Source: a virus (lineage: Duplodnaviria > Caudoviricetes). Taken from it: a DNA stretch of 28,704 nt. The stretch lies in the IMG/VR virus record IMGVR_UViG_3300020045_004684, positions 1-28,704 of that record. One strand, given 5' to 3'. Of this stretch, positions 17,398 to 25,548 are shown one piece after another; positions within the stretch are counted from its first letter, which is position 1; each line of letters begins with the position of its first letter. A model generated the notes under the pieces. The model was given only the letters and a program-made list of their open reading frames with translations, had not been told where the DNA came from and did not search any database. The translations under genes were made by a program, and so were the position numbers.

Positions 17398-17712
17398 TCA
17401 AAATCCTTCCATCATACGGTCGCGGCGTGCTTGTGCGCGCCATTCTTCAGCATCTGCCCGAGCGTCAGCCATATCGTCAGCGCTGCGGGCAATAGCCATT
17501 TCAAGGATGGCATCTTCCTCTTCGTCAGACAGGGTTATCGGCTGGCCTTCGTGCTTGATGCTGACCACTTCCACCTCTGGGAACTCTTCCGGGTGCGGAT
17601 AGTCGCCATAGATCCTCGCAGGCCGTCCGGGTGTGACGCTATAGGTCACACGTAGTTCAACCTCGCGGCGTCCTATCATGTGATCAATGTCGAATGTGAA
17701 GCGTTGGGTCAT
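17398..17712 (-). CDS. Hypothetical acidic protein
   Basis: 104 aa, coupled ORF. Confidence 0.65.
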   Translation of the reverse strand: MTQRFTFDIDHMIGRREVELRVTYSVTPGRPARIYGDYPHPEEFPEVEVVSIKHEGQPITLSDEEEDAILEMAIARSADDMADARADAEEWRAQARRDRMMEGF

Positions 17713-17948
17713 GGAACAAGCTCCTCAATAGATAATTCAAGCGCAGCCGCAAAATCACGCAACCGCTTGAGTTCAATCACATGCCGCCCGCATTCGATAT
17801 TGGCGATGGTCGCGCGATGGACACCAGCCTTCTTCGCAAGTTGCTCCTGTGTCATTTTCAAGGCTTTGCGGCGCGCTGTCATAATAACGCCGATGTGGAC
17901 ATTCTTGGCGTCCACCTCGCCAGTGCCATCACATGTTGGACACCTCAT
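17709..17948 (-). CDS. XRE-family HTH protein with an N-terminal CxxCxGxG
   Basis: 'RRKALKMTQEQLAKKAGVHRATIANIECGR'. Confidence 0.85.
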   Translation of the reverse strand: MRCPTCDGTGEVDAKNVHIGVIMTARRKALKMTQEQLAKKAGVHRATIANIECGRHVIELKRLRDFAAALELSIEELVP

Positions 17949-18181
17949 TAGCAGTTTCCAATCGTTGCGAGAAACTGTTCAAACGGGATTTGGTCGCCGC
18001 CGTTGTTCAAAACGCCGGTCCATGGCTTGTGGCCTTGAACTTCGATCTTGGCTTTATCGCCGAACGAATGGCTGGCGATGGCGCGTAGGATGGCGACGGT
18101 TGACCGTTCCCCCGCTTCAAATTCCGTAAAGTGGTAATATCGGCGCGAACTTTCATCCTTGATATGGATGCGTGTCATCAT
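17948..18181 (-). CDS. Hypothetical protein
   Basis: 77 aa, coupled ORF. Confidence 0.55.
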   Translation of the reverse strand: MMTRIHIKDESSRRYYHFTEFEAGERSTVAILRAIASHSFGDKAKIEVQGHKPWTGVLNNGGDQIPFEQFLATIGNC

Positions 18182-18369
18182 AGCGTCTCTCCAATCAAAT
18201 AGGCTCGCACTTCAAGGCCGAGGGGTGTGAGGGTTCGATAGTCCCTTGCCAAACCTCGCCGCATCAATGCACGACACGTTGCGTCTGTAAAATGACCGTT
18301 CATCTGCATCACAAGGCAATTGTGCATCGCCTCACTGAGGCCTTCGGCTATTACCTTTGCGTCAGTCAT
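18178..18369 (-). CDS. Hypothetical protein (winged-helix-like; paralogue of 18565-18795)
   Basis: MTDAKVIAEGLSEA...LTPLGLEVRAYL. Confidence 0.6.
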   Translation of the reverse strand: MTDAKVIAEGLSEAMHNCLVMQMNGHFTDATCRALMRRGLARDYRTLTPLGLEVRAYLIGETL

Positions 18370-18568
18370 CACAGTTCTCCTCAAACCAAGCGTTAATCTC
18401 TTCGATCAGCGCAGCGTATGTTGGTGCGTCGGCCTTCTCTCCATTATCGATCCAGCCGTCCTCTTCGCCTTCCCATGATGCGTCATAGTTCGGGCTGGTT
18501 GCTTGCCATGCTGGTTCAGGCCAGCGCCCTTGCGTGATGGTCCAGCCGCGATAGGTTGCGTCGGTCAT
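18362..18568 (-). CDS. Hypothetical protein
   Basis: MTDATYRGWTI...; ATGA overlap and GGAG RBS. Confidence 0.65.
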   Translation of the reverse strand: MTDATYRGWTITQGRWPEPAWQATSPNYDASWEGEEDGWIDNGEKADAPTYAALIEEINAWFEENCDD

Positions 18569-18795
18569 GGTTGGTTCTCCAATATCTTGCGGACTTCGAG
18601 GCCAAGCGGGGTGAGGCTCCATTTCGGGAAGTGGTATTGCAGATACTGATGCCCCCCGAACCTAAGCGCTACAGCGGGCGCGATCTTGGCATGTCGGTGA
18701 ATTGCGCCCCAAGTTTTCGGCTTGCGTGATGCGGCTTTGATAAAGCGCTTCTGCGCCTCGGTCAGCCCCGCTGCGATTGTTGCTGGATCTGTCAT
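18565..18795 (-). CDS. Hypothetical protein (paralogue of 18178-18369)
   Basis: MTDPATIAAGLTEAQ...LTPLGLEVRKIL. Confidence 0.6.
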   Translation of the reverse strand: MTDPATIAAGLTEAQKRFIKAASRKPKTWGAIHRHAKIAPAVALRFGGHQYLQYHFPKWSLTPLGLEVRKILENQP

Positions 18796-19208
18796 CGTGC
18801 TTTATCCTCCAATGTTGGAGAATAATGCTTTCTGATGCGCGCCAAGTGATATGCCGTATTGTCCGCTGTCGGCTCGTTCGTATAATCGGCGGCGCGGGCG
18901 GCTCTTAATACATCAATGCAATCGCTGCACCCATCCCAAGAGTCGGCAGAAATGAATGCGGCGGCTGCGCGATAGCCTTCCAGAGCATCCCGCAGTTGAT
19001 CACTTGATTCCTCAGTAGCGAGGTATTCCCCGCAGCAATCGTCCCCGGACACCCAAGGCCATCCGTCGTTGTGATCTAGCCCAAACGCTATAGCGCTGGC
19101 GGCACCGCATGAGAACCAGCACACGACGCGGGGTAACTTTTGAGCATCGCTAGATGTTTTCCCCGCATCGGGTAAGATATTGGTGTTATTCATGCCTGTT
19201 TTCCCCAT
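18792..19208 (-). CDS. Chimeric ORF: PAPS-reductase-like N-terminal fragment fused to an unrelated C-terminus
   Basis: 'RVVCWFSCGAASAIA' PP-loop start, with no further PAPS-reductase motifs. Confidence 0.45.
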   Translation of the reverse strand: MGKTGMNNTNILPDAGKTSSDAQKLPRVVCWFSCGAASAIAFGLDHNDGWPWVSGDDCCGEYLATEESSDQLRDALEGYRAAAAFISADSWDGCSDCIDVLRAARAADYTNEPTADNTAYHLARIRKHYSPTLEDKAR

Positions 19209-19320
19209 GAAAAATGCTAAGTCATTGAAAACATTAACCCCGGCGTTAACTTTATTTTAGCGCTGTTCCGCGTATTTCTGCGGGTTTCCGGCCATGTTTT
19301 CCACTTGATTTCCCGGCCTT
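19150..19320. other. Putative attP-like region
   Basis: AT-rich gap with 'GCTAAGTCATTGAAAA', an inverted repeat TTAAC-N6-GTTAA (19234-19249) and repeated TTTTCC(CC) arm-like motifs. Confidence 0.4.
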
Positions 19321-19356
19321 GCTTTGTGCCGAGGATCGAATCACGTTGCGTTCCCG

Positions 19357-19797
19357 CTAACGACGCAGAAACTGGATTGTGTCGTCGCGCTTGGTAATCT
19401 CAGCCTCAAGGTCCGCGATCCGGCGCATAAGCAGTTCCTCGCCGCCATGCACAGCGACCGCTTTTCGTATGGCTTCACCCTTGGCATAATTAGCATATGG
19501 ATAGCGTTCCATCGCCCATTTTTCGCCGGTTAGGAGCGCTTGGACCGTCTGCTCGACCATGTAGCGGATATGACCTGATGCGTTGCATTCTGTGTCATAA
19601 ATGATGGAATCCCGCGCAGCGTCCCATAGCTTATCTGCAATGTCTTTGCCGATCTGGTCGATCAGCGGGCGCAGTTCATTTTCGTCCAACTTCTCAGTGA
19701 TGCTTTCCGCCCACCGCTGGCTTGCGCGATATTCCGGCCCAAGAACCGGACCGATTGCAATATCGTCTTCGGTGAACGTGGTGAGTGTTTCAACCAT
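19357..19797 (-). CDS. Hypothetical protein
   Basis: Start MVETLTT with GGAG RBS; coiled-coil C-terminus. Confidence 0.7.
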   Translation of the reverse strand: MVETLTTFTEDDIAIGPVLGPEYRASQRWAESITEKLDENELRPLIDQIGKDIADKLWDAARDSIIYDTECNASGHIRYMVEQTVQALLTGEKWAMERYPYANYAKGEAIRKAVAVHGGEELLMRRIADLEAEITKRDDTIQFLRR

Positions 19798-20044
19798 TGC
19801 GCTTCTCCAACGTTGCGTTCTCTGGCTTGGGTTGGTGTTCGCCGCAGCCCTGAAATTCGAACGTCCTCGGGAAATAACCACCCGCTCGGTAGGGTGCTGC
19901 AATACGACACTCCCCAAACTCTTGTGGCCTGTCTCCCGTTGTTCGCGATGACCACGCCGTTCTTTCTGGGATGGAGCCATATCCATCAACCGTATAAGTG
20001 CCACCGCGCATCCAAAACCGGCACGTCTCGCACGTATCATCCAT
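19790..20044 (-). CDS. Hypothetical Cys-containing protein
   Basis: 'TCETCRFW...GECR...P...GCGEH' metal-binding pattern; coupled ORF. Confidence 0.7.
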   Translation of the reverse strand: MDDTCETCRFWMRGGTYTVDGYGSIPERTAWSSRTTGDRPQEFGECRIAAPYRAGGYFPRTFEFQGCGEHQPKPENATLEKRNG

Positions 20045-20381
20045 TGCGCTTCTCCCATTGTGCTAGGCCCCGCTTAGCCACCGCGTAAGCGTAATCAAGC
20101 GCGCCCTCACGATCATCCCAACGGTAATTTTCGCCTGCGTCGTCTTCTGCGCTGGTGGCTTCTGCTATATCCCGCAACGCAGCGACCAACACCTCTACAA
20201 GCGGATCGTCGTGGCGGGTGTTCCATGCTGCATCAAATGCCGAGTCATCAGCGTTTGCGGATAAACTCATGAAACACCCCGGAGTATGATTCACAATAAG
20301 CCCATATGGCTCGCGTGGGCGGCTTTCGTCCCATTCGCGGCGCTCCGCCTCACCCCCACAGAACGGGCATGGTTTAAGCAT
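20037..20381 (-). CDS. Lar-like restriction alleviation family protein
   Basis: 'LKPCPFCGGEA ... AAWNTR'. Confidence 0.75.
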   Translation of the reverse strand: MLKPCPFCGGEAERREWDESRPREPYGLIVNHTPGCFMSLSANADDSAFDAAWNTRHDDPLVEVLVAALRDIAEATSAEDDAGENYRWDDREGALDYAYAVAKRGLAQWEKRNG

Positions 20382-20592
20382 TGCTCTGATCCTTCTTCAT
20401 GCGCCGCCTGAATTCAGCAGACAGCATGTATTCAACCGCGACCTGAACGGGGCCGGGGACTGTGTTCCCCTCCTGCTCCCATATCCTCACTGAACGGTCT
20501 CCGTTCTTCTCTGATAGGCGTAGTGCCTTGGCTAGACCGGATTGCGTCAGACCAAGGGCTTTACGAGCGGCGCGGAGTTCATCTGGTGTCAT
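20374..20592 (-). CDS. HTH DNA-binding protein (XRE-like)
   Basis: 'MTPDELRAARKALGLTQSGLAKAL...RSVRIWE...PGPV'. Confidence 0.85.
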   Translation of the reverse strand: MTPDELRAARKALGLTQSGLAKALRLSEKNGDRSVRIWEQEGNTVPGPVQVAVEYMLSAEFRRRMKKDQSNA

Positions 20593-20681
20593 ATTTCTCT
20601 TTTCAAAACAGGGGATTTTGATAATACCCCTATATTGCACGGGGACGGCCTCTCATTGAAGCACACTGTCCCCGTCTTCAT

Positions 20682-20957
20682 TTATGCCGCGAGTTGATAG
20701 GAATACAAACTATCAGGATAACCGCAACGACGGTGCCATTCAGCGCTTTTTGTCTCGCGCAGCACAGCAATCTCGCGCAGAAATTTTGCATCAGGCTTAC
20801 CCTGCGAAAAGCGCTTTCTGTCTGAAACGATAGCAGCGCGAAGGCAATCAGCGCCGATTGTTCCAAGAGCGCTAGTGCGGATTCCAACCTTTAACTTGCG
20901 GTTGCAGCAATCGCAGCGGACTTCCTGTTCTGCGCCTTCGATTGTGATCGTCGTCAT
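20682..20957 (-). CDS. Hypothetical Zn-finger-like protein
   Basis: 'CDCCNRKLK...GADC'; GGAG RBS. Confidence 0.7.
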   Translation of the reverse strand: MTTITIEGAEQEVRCDCCNRKLKVGIRTSALGTIGADCLRAAIVSDRKRFSQGKPDAKFLREIAVLRETKSAEWHRRCGYPDSLYSYQLAA

Positions 20958-20994
20958 AAATTTCTCCACTTCTGGCGGGGTCAATCCCCATAAA

Positions 20995-21026
20995 CAGAGA
21001 GGTAAACGATTCCGGTTTACCGGTCA
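20995..21026 (-). promoter_or_regulatory. Putative promoter with an overlapping palindromic operator
   Basis: -35 TTGACC on the minus strand. Palindrome GGTAAAC-N7-GTTTACC (21001-21021) spans the spacer and -10 region. Confidence 0.45.
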
Positions 21027-21166
21027 AGCCCCATAGGAATCTTTTCCCCATTTTTTCATGGCGCTCTTTGCCATCTTTCGCCGGTTCATTTTCTTGGCGT
21101 AATGCTCGACCATTTACAGCGATTGCCCTGTGTTCGACGCGACCAGGCTGCGCGTTCCTTGCCCAT
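21024..21166 (-). pseudogene. Tyrosine integrase remnant
   Basis: Minus-strand translation LVASNTGQSL*MVEHYAKKMNRRKMAKSAMKKW resembles the C-terminal catalytic-Tyr box of tyrosine recombinases. In-frame TAA at 21114-21116. Confidence 0.65.
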
Positions 21167-21393
21167 CATGACGCGCTCCTGTCTGGTGGTTCTGGTAGGG
21201 GCTGCCAGTGGGTTGGGTTTAATATCCCGCCGTGAACGTCATTGAGAAGCTCATCCTCATATTTAACAAAGTTCTCATTACTGTCATTGCACCGGCACAA
21301 CCTGCCAACAACCATTTGCGGTTGATCATCTGGGTCAAAAATCCATACTGCGCCGTGTTCAATGCGGAGCGTCTCAATCGGTCGCCACGTCAT
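21166..21393 (-). CDS. DUF551-like protein
   Basis: 'MTWRPIET ... PTHWQPLPEPP'. Confidence 0.8.
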   Translation of the reverse strand: MTWRPIETLRIEHGAVWIFDPDDQPQMVVGRLCRCNDSNENFVKYEDELLNDVHGGILNPTHWQPLPEPPDRSAS

Positions 21394-21965
21394 TTCAACA
21401 CCCCCTCTGCAATCAACTTTCGCGCAATGAAAATCGCGATGTTCGCGACGTATGTTTTGTCGTCGGGGTTGAGATGCTCTCCACTTTCCACCCACGCATC
21501 ATGCCAGCCCTTCGCCAGTGTTTCCGCACGATCCGGCAATGCAGGTGGGTTCCAATCTGGAAAGCGCTCCTGTGCCAGTGCAATCACCTGTTCGTCGGTT
21601 AGCTCAGTTGCGTCGGCTGTGATTTGCGGCAAGCGTTCGAAGGCCGCACGAGCGAACGCCCTCGCTTTACACTGCATGGTGCTATTCCCTCGGACTACCC
21701 AAGATGGTTTCTTAGTGTCGCCAAATTCATAGTGTTCAAAGATAGCTTTAGCGGCTTGTTCAATGAGTTCGGCGTCTGTCATGGTGCTTGCCTTGTAAAA
21801 GGGGTGGTTTGCTTCGAGGCGGTATTGGTGCTGTTTGTGCCAAATGGGAACCTTCACTTGGTTCCACCCGAACGAGGCGAAAACCTCCACATAGTCCCCA
21901 TCCTTCCACCCCTCAGGCGGCTTTCCTGTGCCGTAGAACGGCTCTCCCATGGTGCGTTCCATCAC
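21390..21965 (-). CDS. Hypothetical protein
   Basis: 191 aa, coupled ORF with a mosaic appearance. Confidence 0.6.
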   Translation of the reverse strand: MMERTMGEPFYGTGKPPEGWKDGDYVEVFASFGWNQVKVPIWHKQHQYRLEANHPFYKASTMTDAELIEQAAKAIFEHYEFGDTKKPSWVVRGNSTMQCKARAFARAAFERLPQITADATELTDEQVIALAQERFPDWNPPALPDRAETLAKGWHDAWVESGEHLNPDDKTYVANIAIFIARKLIAEGVLK

Positions 21966-22092
21966 CCTCTCCCCATAGCAGCGCGCTTGTCAGCAGCGAT
22001 GTGCATTGCGCCCCAGTTGATGCGCCTGCGTTCGGCCTGCGTTACAGCGACGATCTGCCGCTTGGGCTGTGGTTCCTTCTGTGCCATGATAT

Positions 22093-22122
22093 TAACCGGG
22101 GCGCTTGTTAGGCAGCCCCGGC
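22093..22122 (-). terminator. Hairpin downstream of gapR
   Basis: CCGGGGC...GCCCCGG stem followed by TTAAT on the minus strand. Confidence 0.4.
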
Positions 22123-22137
22123 CTCCTTGAGAACTGG

Positions 22138-22374
22138 TTAGAGATTCAGCGCGGTGCGATACACATCAAGCACCGCGTCCATTTCCTGCCGGTCGTGCGC
22201 TTCCATGGCGCGCAACTTGACGATCTGGCGCATGATCTTGCCGTCATATCCCCGGCTCTTGCCTTCCGCGTAGACGTCGCGAATGTCGTCTGAAATGCCC
22301 TTCTTCTCTTCGGACAAACGCTCAATGCGCTCGATCAGAAGCCGGAGTTCGTCGGCTGCTACTTGGTCTGTCAT
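22138..22374 (-). CDS. gapR: GapR/DUF2312 nucleoid-associated protein
   Basis: 'LRLLIERIERLSEEKKGISDDIRDVYAEGKSRGYD.KIMRQIVKLR'. Confidence 0.9.
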   Translation of the reverse strand: MTDQVAADELRLLIERIERLSEEKKGISDDIRDVYAEGKSRGYDGKIMRQIVKLRAMEAHDRQEMDAVLDVYRTALNL

Positions 22375-22384
22375 GATAGGTTCC

Positions 22385-22795
22385 TTAGTTCACATCTGAG
22401 AGTTTAAAGACGATACCCCGGCAATATTTCTCGCCATCCTCCATCACATCGAATGATGCGTGTGGGATGCTGGTTTCATAGGTCCATGAGTATTCTTCAG
22501 TTTCGCACCATACCGCTTCAATGGTTGCGCAAAGCGATTTGAACCGCTTTTCGTGCGGGCAATCATCATTGTCGCATTCTGTCTCGAAAAGGCCGTTTGA
22601 TGTCACGTAGGCGGTTCCACCATCATAGCACCCGACTTCATCATTTATCGCGCCGCGAAATTCCATGAGATCGTCTGATGCACCAAAGACGGCAACGCAG
22701 CCTGCGCTCGCCATACGCGCCCACAGTTCTTTGGTGCCTTCGCTTATATATTCGCAGCCGTTCAATTCTGCGGCAAATGTCTCTATGTCTGTCAT
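22385..22795 (-). CDS. Conserved hypothetical phage protein
   Basis: 'VFGASDDLMEFRGAINDE ... YCRGIVF'. Confidence 0.75.
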   Translation of the reverse strand: MTDIETFAAELNGCEYISEGTKELWARMASAGCVAVFGASDDLMEFRGAINDEVGCYDGGTAYVTSNGLFETECDNDDCPHEKRFKSLCATIEAVWCETEEYSWTYETSIPHASFDVMEDGEKYCRGIVFKLSDVN

Positions 22796-23193
22796 GCTGC
22801 TTTCCTTTCTTCGTAGGGGTTCGGCTCGCTCCACCGCACGTCAGGGAAGCGGGAATACATAAATTCAATCAGGTCGCGCATTTCTGCCACTGACAGCGCA
22901 CTTGTCGAAAACGGCGCGGGGAACGGTCGCCCGTCGAGGTCCAGTTCAAACCGCAGTTCGTATCCGAACGACGCCATGATTGCGGCCTTCCACAATTCAG
23001 GCGCCATCTTGCGGCCGTCCGGCTTTGCGCGGGATATGTCGGAAAGCATCGCCCACATTTTGGCGTTTTGGTCAGTCGTCCGCTTGGCCTCTTGCACGTT
23101 GACCACCGCACCATCCGGCGCAAGGTCGATCAGGCGCTTTGCCATGTCGCGCTGCATCTGGCCTATGAGGCGGATGGTCTGGCCTTTAGCCAC
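22792..23193 (-). CDS. ninB: NinB/Orf-family recombination protein
   Basis: 'KRTTDQNAKMWAMLSDISR', 'WK', 'TS.LS..EM.DLIEF'. Confidence 0.85.
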   Translation of the reverse strand: MAKGQTIRLIGQMQRDMAKRLIDLAPDGAVVNVQEAKRTTDQNAKMWAMLSDISRAKPDGRKMAPELWKAAIMASFGYELRFELDLDGRPFPAPFSTSALSVAEMRDLIEFMYSRFPDVRWSEPNPYEERKAA

Positions 23194-23500
23194 GCGCCTT
23201 GATCTCGCGGTATTTGGCTAGGGCTGCTTGAAAGTCGGGCGCGTTGTCGTGAGCACCCTTTCGGAATTCATCCGCCCACAATTCATCTACCAATTCGCCG
23301 GAAAACTCTGGTGTCTCTATCCAAACTGCCAACAACTCCCGCACATCAAGCACATCCTGATCGACAGGCGGTTGCTCATGCTCAGCGATGTATCGAGCGA
23401 AGGCTTCCCATATTGGGTTGTTTGCTTGCAAGGGAATTTCGTTTGCCAGTTTCTCAGCGCGATTTATTGCCCAATCAGGTGCCTTATCCATTGCTTTCAC
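23186..23500 (-). CDS. Hypothetical protein
   Basis: 104 aa, coupled ORF. Confidence 0.65.
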   Translation of the reverse strand: MKAMDKAPDWAINRAEKLANEIPLQANNPIWEAFARYIAEHEQPPVDQDVLDVRELLAVWIETPEFSGELVDELWADEFRKGAHDNAPDFQAALAKYREIKARG

Positions 23501-23783
23501 TCCATTCTGTCCAATATCTCTCAGCCAATTCCGTCAGGTCCACGCCGTGCAATTCCTGAAATGCCGTAACCCCCATGCGGTGGACGCTATGCCGCCCGAA
23601 ATTGTGCAAATCAGGCGCTAGGGGGACCATGTAGCGGTCGTTGCGTGTGATCCTGCACATCGCTTGCAGCCTGGTCAGGTGATGTGCCTCGACTGGAAAG
23701 CGTCCCGATACGCAGCATGGTTGCGTGTGAAGCCACGCTACGTATTTGGGATAGGGGGCAGGCTTAGCCAATGCGGTGCTCAT
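23484..23783 (-). CDS. DUF968-like HNH-type nuclease
   Basis: 'KYVAWLHTQPCCVSG...EAHH...VPL...H.....H'. Confidence 0.75.
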   Translation of the reverse strand: MSTALAKPAPYPKYVAWLHTQPCCVSGRFPVEAHHLTRLQAMCRITRNDRYMVPLAPDLHNFGRHSVHRMGVTAFQELHGVDLTELAERYWTEWSESNG

Positions 23784-24252
23784 AGGCCGCGCTGTTGGTG
23801 GCAAAAGGGACATCATCCGACAGATCCTCAGCATATGCGCCAGCGTCGCCCTTGTTACCCCAGTCGTTCCCGCCGCCTGATTTAGCCCCGGTCTGACCTT
23901 CCTGCTTTCCACCAAGCAAGACAAGCTCACCCCGGAAGCGCTGCAAAACAACCTCGGCCGTCGCCTTCTCGTTGCCGTCGCGGTCTGTGTATTTCCGCGT
24001 CTGCATTGCTCCCTCAAGGTAGCAAGTCGATCCCTTGCGGAGATACTGCTTGGCGATCTTGCCCAGCCCCTCGTTGAAAATAACGACATTATGCCACTCG
24101 GTCTTTTCCTTGCGCTCACCGGATTGCTTGTCGTTCCAACTTTCCGACGTGGCGAGGGAGAACGAAACAACCTCGCTCCCGTTCGACATTGACCGGGCTT
24201 CCGGGTCGCGCCCCAGATTGCCGACCAGAATAACCTTGTTGACGCTTGCCAT
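23764..24252 (-). CDS. ssb: Single-stranded DNA-binding protein
   Basis: 'MASVNKVILVGNLGRDPE', 'ATSESW.DK..GERKEKTEWH', 'DDVPF'. Confidence 0.95.
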   Translation of the reverse strand: MASVNKVILVGNLGRDPEARSMSNGSEVVSFSLATSESWNDKQSGERKEKTEWHNVVIFNEGLGKIAKQYLRKGSTCYLEGAMQTRKYTDRDGNEKATAEVVLQRFRGELVLLGGKQEGQTGAKSGGGNDWGNKGDAGAYAEDLSDDVPFATNSAAYEHRIG

Positions 24253-24254
24253 AT

Positions 24255-24917
24255 TTAAGCCCCTTCGATTTGTGCTTTGCGTGAGTTGTATTCTTTGAAC
24301 AGGAAGTCGTAAGCTGTCTGGCTTGTCTGCTTTATATGATCGAGCGTTATAGCGTTGTCTGACCAAGCAAGGCCGAGGTCATTCAAGTCGCCTGCCATAA
24401 GAATTTTCCGCCGAATTTTTGAAGCGCGCTGCTGAATGTCTGTCTCGTTGTCGCCACGGCTAACAATCGTGACTTGTTCCTTGTCAGGATCGTCACCCTC
24501 TCCTGTCGAGATATTGAACATTCCGCGCATAAGTTGCTTCAAAGCATAAGATTGTGAAGCGCCCGCAGATTGCGCGCCAAGCGCCTGCACCATCACGCTT
24601 TTTGTGATAGGCCCGTAACATTCACCGCTTTCATGAACGATTGTGAACGCGTGACTGACTTTCCACATCGAGTTAGGTTTCCCGTTTGCTGTTGTCACAT
24701 CGACAAGCTGCGGCTCAGTCGCTTCGCCGGGGATGAAGAAAATACCAAATTCATCAGTTGGGTCGCTTACAAATTCCATGAAGTCGTCAATCGACGCAAA
24801 CATGTATTTGCCATGCTCGTTCCTGCGAGACTTCCCAAGCCTGCCAAGACTGCGCTTCACTCCGACAATTGCGGCGGCAAGTTTAGGCGGGAAAGTTTGC
24901 GTATTTCCATCAACCAT
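24255..24917 (-). CDS. ERF-family single-strand annealing protein
   Basis: 'Y.FASIDD', 'IVHESGE', 'Q..GA..SYA.K..M...F.I.TG...DPD'; adjacent to ssb. Confidence 0.85.
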   Translation of the reverse strand: MVDGNTQTFPPKLAAAIVGVKRSLGRLGKSRRNEHGKYMFASIDDFMEFVSDPTDEFGIFFIPGEATEPQLVDVTTANGKPNSMWKVSHAFTIVHESGECYGPITKSVMVQALGAQSAGASQSYALKQLMRGMFNISTGEGDDPDKEQVTIVSRGDNETDIQQRASKIRRKILMAGDLNDLGLAWSDNAITLDHIKQTSQTAYDFLFKEYNSRKAQIEGA

Positions 24918-25156
24918 TCGAATTCTCCTTTTGAGCATGGGATTGCCCTGTTAAACAAACGCTCAGGGGCGATTGCCCGCAATTCAGTGTTATTGGTGGC
25001 AGGTGCCCAAACCGCTGATAGACGCTGATCGGATAGGAGTTCCCAAGTCTCAGGATCGCGCTCGCCATCCTCGAAATAGACAAATATGGGTATCCAGTGC
25101 CCTTTTGCGCGTGACCGCAGTTTGTAATAACCGGGATCAAGCCAATCGACCCGCAT
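24857..25156 (-). CDS. Hypothetical protein
   Basis: 99 aa with 'PGYYK.R...G.W.P'. Confidence 0.6.
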   Translation of the reverse strand: MRVDWLDPGYYKLRSRAKGHWIPIFVYFEDGERDPETWELLSDQRLSAVWAPATNNTELRAIAPERLFNRAIPCSKGEFEWLMEIRKLSRLNLPPQLSE

Positions 25157-25160
25157 AGCA

Positions 25161-25238
25161 TCACCACAGCCACGCCAGCATGATAAGCGTCATTGTCGGG
25201 GTGCCGAGAATGATTGTGAGAAGGTCTGTGCGGGTCAT
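25161..25238 (-). CDS. 25-aa hydrophobic micro-peptide
   Basis: MTRTDLLTIILGTPTMTLIMLAWLW; ATGA coupling and GGAG RBS. Confidence 0.45.
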   Translation of the reverse strand: MTRTDLLTIILGTPTMTLIMLAWLW

Positions 25239-25384
25239 GCCAGCCACTCCCAAACTGCGTAGACCATGCCCACGCCAAGGATGATTGCGGCTACCGTTTC
25301 CAGCCAGTTGCAGGGTTCCTGATCGTGCCAGTAAGGCTCGTCATCCACGCTGTAGAGGTGGCTGCTGTCGTGGAGGTCGTTCAT
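25235..25384 (-). CDS. 49-aa membrane peptide
   Basis: MNDLHDSSH...VAAIILGVGMVYAVWEWLA; ATGA coupling and GAGGAG RBS. Confidence 0.55.
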   Translation of the reverse strand: MNDLHDSSHLYSVDDEPYWHDQEPCNWLETVAAIILGVGMVYAVWEWLA

Positions 25385-25548
25385 GCCGCTTGCTCCTCAT
25401 CATGGCCGAAAAGAGCCCTGTCTTGGGCCTCTGCAAAGGCCTCCAACTTTTCAGCGAGTGCTCGCAAAACGCGAGCGCCAGAACGAAAGGCACCATCATC
25501 GCAGTAGGTTTCGGCAAGGCTGATTTGGTCATAAAAGAGGTCGTTCAT
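25381..25548 (-). CDS. 55-aa hypothetical protein
   Basis: MNDLFYDQISLAETYCDDGAFRSGARVLRALAEKL...; ATGA coupling at both ends. Confidence 0.6.
   Translation of the reverse strand: MNDLFYDQISLAETYCDDGAFRSGARVLRALAEKLEAFAEAQDRALFGHDEEQAA

Noticed and set aside
19234-19249. CtrA binding site
   Set aside because: The spacing is TTAA-N8-TTAA, not the N7 consensus.
23764-23800. SSB extension past the DDVPF tip as a sequencing error or readthrough
   Set aside because: The short extension overlaps the next gene's start, and there is no evidence of a frameshift.
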